Source: Clostridiales bacterium
Lineage (GTDB): Bacteria; Bacillota; Clostridia; Christensenellales; UBA1242
Length of the DNA stretch: 64,000 nucleotides
Assembly (NCBI GenBank): GCA_003524095.1
Contig: DOEE01000003.1
Span: 258,148 to 322,147 of the forward strand
Direction: 5' to 3'
The stretch's first letter is position 1, and each line of letters begins with the position of its first letter. Shown here in pieces: positions 41,101 through 50,100 of this stretch. Below the pieces are notes generated by a model that worked only from the letters and a program-made list of their open reading frames with translations, was not told the origin of the DNA and searched no databases. The translations under genes and the position numbers were made by a program.

Positions 41101-44100
41101 TATGGAAATATCCAAAATTCATTCAGTTCAAATTCTATTACTTGTTATGATTATGATTCAACTGATTATTCAATCAAAAATTCAAGTACATACAATGCGT
41201 TGGGTGCGTTTGTTGGAAAATATACTATGATAGACAATCAAGTATCCGAACTCAAAATTGTATCTTCATATACAATTTCCAATATAATTGCAAATGTAAC
41301 CGAAGAAGCAAATTCGTATGTGGGCGGAATAATTGGTAGAGCGGAATCGACTTCGGGATATGATATTTCTACATCAATTAGATTGCCAAAAGCATATTAT
41401 TTGGCTGAATTTATGCTTGATACAAACTCAATTGGCATGGCAATGAGTGTAGACGAACTCTTGTATGGCGATAAGAAAAATCCTAAAGATAATAGTTCGT
41501 TATTTGACGAGGGATATTGGACTGTTTCCGAAAATAAATATCCAGTACTAAATTGGATGAGTGCTGACCTAATTGACCCTAAACTTGTTCCAGAAATTAT
41601 AGAAGATTTGGATAATTCTACAATCTTACAGAACAAAGCATATATCATTACAGATAGCGAATTTGACAAAAACAATTTGCAACTAAACAATAATGATGTT
41701 TACTTCAAAAACAAGATTAATTCTAATCATAAGATTTTTGAAAGTATTGACAATTATTCAAGAGTATATGGAATGAATTTTGGCACACTTGAAATAAATA
41801 GTGCAGTAATCAATACTAATTTAGGAAAAGTATCAACAACAACTATAAGTAGTCTAAAATCCGATAGTGGATATATTGCAAACAATGCAGGCATAGATAT
41901 TCATCCAGTTGTAACGATGAGTAGTGGAAAACTATATAATAAATTTAGCGGACTTACAATTTATCCAAAAATTAAAATTAATGCTAGTATTTCTAACATA
42001 ATTACAAATAATACGGGTTATATTAAATATGCAGTTATTACTGCTACTAATCAAAACGACTTTGATACTTTGAATATCAAAAATTCTTATGTGACTTTGA
42101 GTTCAAATAATTACAAGTACTATGGAAGTGACGGGGACTATAATTCACAAATTTTAACTAGTAATCAGTCAAAAGAATTGGGCAACTTCACAGACGGATA
42201 TGATTTTTATAACACTTGGCTTATTCTTTCGGAAGAAGGAGAAGGTGACGGAAGACACGAAGGTCGAGTATTCTTGCGTTGGGAACTCAAAGAATCTGTT
42301 GGAAAACAATGGTACTTTGAAGACATCGATTTGAATAGTACTACGCAAACTGAATACAAAGACTATGTTTGGTCGAATTTTGTTAATGCAAACAAAGATA
42401 ATATTCAAAGCGATGATTTCAATGTGACCGTTAATACAATCACAATAGGTAGTGCCAAAGGCCTAGCAAAACTATCTCAACTTATTAACAATGATGGTAG
42501 AAAAGATGAAAACAATGCTGTTGTCAATAATTATACTGACAAGAAAATTGTTCTTTCAAATGATATAGACTTGACAGGTAGATTATTTACACCAATTGGT
42601 GGAGCAATGCTACTTGAAAATTATGGAAACAACTACTTTGGTGGTTCGTTTAACGGAAATAATCATAATATCAAAGGCTTGTTTGTGATTACTGAAAAAG
42701 ATGCGGGGTTATTCGGTACTTCCAAAGCAACAAGTTACTCAAATGTTAATATCAAAAATTCAACACTTATTTCTAATAATGGAAATATCGGTACACTTGT
42801 ATCTACACAAATTAGCAATGCTGAAATTAGCAACATCAATATTGATGTCAAAGCAAATAGCGAAGACCAACAAACCAGCCTTAAGATTTTGTTTGGTGCA
42901 ACTGCTATAGACCGAAATGCAGGCGGTATAGTAGGACAAGTAAAATCTGCAATTCTAATGATTAATAATGTTACTATAGATAATAATATTAATTCTAATA
43001 TATATAATGGTAATTCGGTAGGTGGACTAATTGGTAATGCTAGCAACTCAAAGGGCATTAATATTGACCTTTCCAAAAATTATCTAAACTTAAAAGGTTC
43101 GTACTATGTAGGTGGACTAATTGGTAGTGTTTATTCTAGTAGTGTTACTTTGACACGTTCCTTTAATGAAGGTAGTGTTCAAAATACTAGTGCAGACTCC
43201 GATTTGTATTCGGCAGGCGGATTAATCGGTCTTAGTGATAGTCAAAGTTACTTGAGTATTTCGGAGTGTTATGCGTCAGCATATATCAAAGGTTTGAATG
43301 TTGGCGGACTTGTTGGACTTTATCAAAATAACATAAGTCCGCTTAACATCTCAGATAGTTATTATAGTCGTGGCGATGTTGGCAAAGTGGTTGGCGGAGA
43401 GACAAACTATAGAAACGAAGATTATTCAAATACAAATATGAATAATGCCGAACAAGTTTTGGTTAGACTAGACGAAACCAAAGGCAAATATTCGTCAATA
43501 GTTAACGTTTCGGACGAAAACACAAGGGTAAATCTAAGTCAAGTTTACTCATCAGTTAATACAGTTTCAAATAGTCTAAAACTTACAAATTCAACAAATA
43601 CAAAAAATGAGTTTTACAAAGTATTTGAGTTTAACTATGGTATTGAAAATGAACTTATTGATTACTCCAATACAAAACAAATAACTCAGATTTCACACAA
43701 AGACTTGAGCGAACCAAATAACGATATGTATGACGGTTGGATGTTTACTTGGAGTAGAATTTCTCAAAAGAACAACAACTATCCAATTCTATTGTTTACT
43801 GGTAGAACTTGGGGTGGTGAAGAACCTGAAAAGATTGATGATTATTATGCAATCAAGAAAGTCGAAAACTTAGTATGGATTGCAGAAAATGTAAATGTCA
43901 AAGGAAAAAATTTTGCGGGCGAAAACTTCAAAGTAGTTCCAACCGCAGATAATTCGTCTGATGGCATAAATGTTGTGTTTGATTTGCAACACAAATTATG
44001 GACTCCAATTGGATTTAGTGAGACTAATAGTTTCCAAGGAAGTTTTGATTTTGGAAATCTAACAATCAAAAATCTAACGACCAATGGATATTACAAAAAT

Positions 44101-47100
44101 AATCTTTATAACGAAGCAAATTTAGTCAAAAGTTATGTTGGTTTGTTTGGCTATACAAAAAATGCTGAGTTCAATGGAAACATAAACTTTGTAAAAGATG
44201 AAAATACTCCTTTGGAAGGTGCGCATATTCGTTCACTCGAAAGTTATGCAGGTGCATTTATTGGCTATGCAAAAAACACTATGTTTGACGAAAACTTTGC
44301 AGTTTCTAGCAACCTTAATGTTCAAGGAACCTTGGGATATATTGGTGGCATTATTGGTTGTTATGAAATTGAAGATGAAATTGCATTAATGACAAACGAT
44401 ATTGAGCCTACAAAATATTATTTAGGTTCAATGACAAACAAAGGTAGTACCAATTTGATTGTCGAAGCAAATAACGATGGCGGTGTTGCTGGAGTTATTG
44501 GTTCTATTAAGGTTAATGTAAATAATCAATCGTTGGACGATGACACAATCAAAACACAAATTATCGCCAAAGAACTCAAGAACTATGGGCTTGTTTCTAA
44601 TGCAACTGGAAATAGTGCAGGTGTTGTTGCTGAAATTCTTGGCATAAACACTCAGTTTGTTGCAGATAATTTGTTGAGTGCTAGCAATATTACAAACTCT
44701 GCAAGTAGACTAGGTGGTATCATTGGATATAGCCAAGGTTATCTTGTTATCAAAAATGCAGTTTTGAGTAATGACGTCGATGGCATCGTAAACGAAAATA
44801 AAATAATTTTGACTAACAAAAATTATAAGTCAAATATCGGTGCTATAGTAGGCGAAGGAAACAATGTAACAATACACAATATCGAACTCGACCCACATGG
44901 TATATTAATAGTAAGCAATAACTTAATAAACTATGTTCAAAACGAGTATGCTAGCGGTGCGGTTGGTGGACTAGTTGGTCTTGTAAATACACTAACTTTC
45001 CAAAAAGAAACCGATGCCGAAAATACTCCAATTCAGATTAGCAATATTGAGTTCCAATTCGAAAATAGCATTAACTTTGTTGGTGGTGTAGTTGGTAAAG
45101 TTCAAAAAGTTCTTAACTTCGATTACGGAGATAGAGAATTTCCAAATATGCTCAAAGTATCTAATATCAAAGGTATAAGTGGTATTGGTTATTTGGGTGG
45201 TATTGCCGGATATGTTTACGAACTCAACAATTATGTCGAAGAAGACGTAAAAGATGCTATGGGGGTTTCACAAAATCGTCCAAATGGTTCATATTTTATT
45301 GAAGTAAACAATATTGAAATCAATGAAACTACTAATACTGGTGTAGATAGTGAATATGCAAGATTCCTAAAGGAAAATGAAACAATAATTGATGAATACT
45401 TTGGACATATTGGCGGTGTTTATGGATATATCGCTAAGAACAATTCAGAAAATCAACTTGTTTTGGAAAGTTACAAACTAAGTGAAATCAAAATTAATTC
45501 CAAAACAAATTATGCAGGCGGACTAATAAGTATTACTTCTAATGCAAAAATTAAAAATATTACTTTGGATAGTCTAAATATTTGTGGAGACTTTTCAAGC
45601 GGTAACATTAAATCTCAGTTCATTGGCGGACTTGCAGGTCAAGTAGGACATTCAATGGAAGCAAGTGGTGTTAATGTTAAAAATATTATCATTTCAGAAA
45701 ATCCAAACTATTCATTAGTTACAGGTAGTGATTATGTAGGCGGACTATTCGGTTCGGCTTATGGAACTAGTATAACTAATGTCAAAGCATTACATTTGAA
45801 TGTTGGTTCTTATGAGTCAAAAGATTTACATTCTAATTCATACATCGGCGGTCTTGTTGGATTTGCAAATGGTGTTCAAATTGAAGAAGCCATGATAGGA
45901 ACAACTTCAGCACGAGATATAATTAATGGCAAAAAGGCAAATATTACAGGTGCTTTGTATGTCGGCGGAATTATAGGTGGCGGTTCTAATAGTTCAGTTA
46001 AAAACTGTTTGGTTGGAATAGACGAGTTTGTCACTTATGAAGAAGTGAAAAATGATAATCTCAAAACTCTTAGGGGAAAAGGTAATGGCGGTGTAGTAGG
46101 TGCATTGGTAGTTGCCGAAGGCGGAAGTCTAAACACTATAGAGAATGTCGACGTTGTAATTGGCTTGGTTGAATCAGAAGCTAATTTCGGTGGTGTTGCT
46201 GGATACATGCAAGGCACAATTTGCGAAGCGTCAACTCTAATTGCAACATCAAAAACCATTGGTGGCGAAGAAAAACTAAGCAAAGGAAACATCGTAGGTA
46301 TAGTTTATTCTTTGAATGGCGACGGACTAAGTTCTAACTGGTTTAGCGAAAACTATAAGTTGTACGAGAGTTTAAGTGGTGCAACAGTTACTTTGGCTTA
46401 TGCCAAGAACTTAGAGAATGTTCCATCATCATATAACGAACCTACAGTCGTTTATTCAACAAAAGACGAAAGCGAAGTAGTTAAGATTACTAGTGGTGGA
46501 TGGGAAGATTACAACAAAGCAAAACAAATATTTGTTGAAGCCGGGCTTTGGAGTGTAAATGTAATAGATGGCAAAGCTGACTTATTCCAAATTGCATTTA
46601 GTTTTGATATGTATCAAAGAAGCATTAAGTCAATGAGAGAAAGAACTGCCAATCCAGATAGTGTAGAAACTTATATCATGGCAGAAGACGATAGAGCAAT
46701 TAACAAAAACAAAGATTGCTGGGTTACTGAACTGGTAGCTACACAAGATATATCAGGTGCAGATAAATTTTCTGACCAAGCAAGAGACAAAGAATACTTG
46801 TATATGTACACAGCAGTTAACAAACGTTATGACCCATCGCTTACTCCAATTAATGTAGACATTCGAATTGATGGCGATATATACAATGTTCAAACAAATA
46901 ATAATGGAATGTATCCATCAACTCAAAGAGCCGAAAGTGGCTACGGAATTGGAAACGACGAATATGTTTCAGTTTACAAAAAATATCTAGCGCCACTTGG
47001 AACAAAATACTTCCCAATCAATGACTTGAAAATCCAAGGCAAGGAAGGTGGTGCAAAGACACTATATCTTGGCACTGATGTGTTTATCGCTGGTTCTTCG

Positions 47101-50100
47101 GCTGAAAACAATTACAATTTATATGGACTTATTGGTTATGTTGAAGGCAAAGTAGATATTTATGCCATCAAGATTATGACTTTAAGACAAAATGCCGGAA
47201 GTGTTGATATTGATGTTACAGACGATGAATTTTCAGATGACGACCTTAAGGGTTATATTGAAATAACTGACACAGAAGTAACTGGTTTGCTTCCTACATC
47301 GGGTCTAGATGATAACTATTCAACTATCAAACTAGATAATGTAATGCACAAAAAGAATGAGAAATTTGTCGAAGAATACAAACACGACTCATATTTTGGA
47401 ACACTTATGGCAATGACAACACCAGTGTCATACTCACCAAACACTAAGGTTAAAGTAGACAAGAAAAATGCGGTTAGTCATAGTTTGGTTACTATAATCA
47501 ATTACGCAAGCCTAGGTTATGTAGATGATTCTGTTCCTTTGAGAGTTGCAGGTGGTATAGTCGGACTAAGTAAACCAGCTTATACAGTAGAAAAATCTGG
47601 TAGTATTCGTGAAAATTCGATTTCAGTCGAAGATGAAGACGGTACATTCAAAACTGTTTATATGGGCAATATTCCATATGAATTTATGTACAAAGCACTT
47701 TGGAACAAAGGTTTTATTCTCTATGATAATGCAAAAAATGCAAACGGCGAAGAACAAGACTTTAAGAATGCTCCAACTTATGCTGGTGGAATTTTGGGCT
47801 ATATTGATGGTTATACTCTTACAAATACAGACAAAAATAACGACAATACAAGCACAGAATACAAAAAGTACAATTTCTCCGAAGGCAATACTTATACTAT
47901 TAAGGTAGTTGATTCGGTTGGACACTATGGTCTAAGAAATGCAAATAGTGTTCTTGCAAAGGAAGTTGCTGGGGGAATATTTGGCTATGTAGGTCAAAAT
48001 GTCAAAATTAATTCTAGTAGCACTAATCAATTAAAGCAAAAACTTATCTTGAATACTGGAAATGTTGAAGCACAAATTCAGAATGGTGACTTTGTATCAA
48101 AACAAACATATTCATATGCTGGTGGTGTAATTGGATATTTGACAATTGGCTCAAACGGAAATACTAGCGAAGAAAATACCAAAGTTATGATGTTAAATGG
48201 CGAAGAATACCAAGAAACAACCGACAACAACTGGGCAACATATACTCTTGACAATTTATACTCAGGACACTTTGCTACTAAAGACTATGTCGAAAAAGGT
48301 TCGTCAGTTACTGTCAAAGCGGATTATGTAGGCGGAATTGTTGGTTTTGCAAAGGCAATAGATGTAAACTCTGCTTCAAGTAATAAATATTCTGCTAGGG
48401 ATAACGATTACTTAAATACATATACTCCAACTCAACCTAGCAAACATAAAACCCTAAGAACTGTGATTAAATTAATCATGACCAATTGTTTCAACGCAAG
48501 CGATGTTGCTCACGAAGAAATTGATGGAAAAATTACTACACAAGTTTCGGTAGCATCTGGTATGCTTGGTTCGTATGCGGGTTTGTATGGACTTGAATTT
48601 GATTCTTGTATAAATGTTGGAGATATTTATAGCAATAGTGCAAGTGTTGGCGGAATCATAAGCCACCTTTCAAATGTAGATAACCAAAAGATTACTACTC
48701 AAAATGGCAAAAAAGGTCTTGTAACATTCCCAACTTATTATAGACAACAACTTCTAATCGAAGGGGACTCCAATGCAGTCAAGTATAACAAAGACAATGC
48801 TAGTTCAATTGAAACTACTGGGTTTGGTTACAGAAATAGACTTGGTCAAGTTTCGTTTGTTAAAACTCTAAGTGCTTCTAAGCAAATTGGCGGTGTAGGA
48901 GCTCCTGGCGAAGATTATTCAATCACTGTTAATGGAAAACATTATGCTATGCAATCTAGTAGATATGTTGGTGGCTTGTATGGATATGCACAAGACGTTG
49001 AAATACTAATAGATAGTTGTATGCAACAAGGTAGTTTGCAAACGGTTAAATATGAAGACGACAAATTTACTTTTGCGGGTGGTTATGGTGCAGTTACTGA
49101 GTCCACTCAAAAAGGTGATTATGCTCCAAAACTTACAACTTCTTCCAAATCTGGATATAGGATTGATACATATGATTTAACAGATGAAAGATATGACCAA
49201 AATGCTATAAAGAAAGATGAACAGAAAGAAGACGAAGATGGTGTAATCATTAAGACAAAATCAGATATATATGCAGACTATGCAGGCGGTTTGTTTGGAT
49301 ATATCAAATCTGCACATTCTCTATATGGACATATTGCCGAAGATGGTTATTTTACAAATCATGGTAATACTGCTTACAATGAAAAGTTGGAAGACTTGAA
49401 GACTGATAAAAATGACCCTTATAGACGCTTTGAAAGATATGGAAAAGTCCTTGTGACGCCATATGTCAATGGTTATTTGTATAGTGGTTCTGTTAACGTC
49501 AAAGGTGTAATTGCAACAAGTGGAATTATTGCCAAACTTGTTAGTGAATCTGACGAAGTGGGTGAACTTAAGAATAGCTTGCTTCCAATCAAATCAACAA
49601 CATTAATTCTAACAAAAATCAAAAACAGAGCATATGTTGGTGCAGGCGAATATCAATCTGGCGAACACGGATTTGTGCCAAACAATTCGGGCGCTAGTGG
49701 AATCATTAGCGAAGTTAAACTGGTTGCTAGTTTGATGTTTGATAATTGTGGCAATGAAGGCATCGTAGATGGTAGAAAAGTTAAGTCAGATAACAAAGAT
49801 GGCATTACACAAACCGGTTCGCATGCAGGCGGGCTAATTGCACATGTTTCTAAGTATAGCAAAGATACCACAGACGATAAGTATAGAAATGTTATTTCTA
49901 ACCAGAACTATCAAGACCAAGAAAAAGATGGCACAATTTATGCAAAATACTTCAATAACTTTAGATTTGTAGAAATTCTAAAATGTACTAATTCTATTAA
50001 TTCTATGGTAATTTCAGGTTGTGAAGACCCAACTAAAAATGTATCCGTTGGCGGATTTATTGGCTACATCGAAGACCAAAAAGACGATGGAGACAAAACT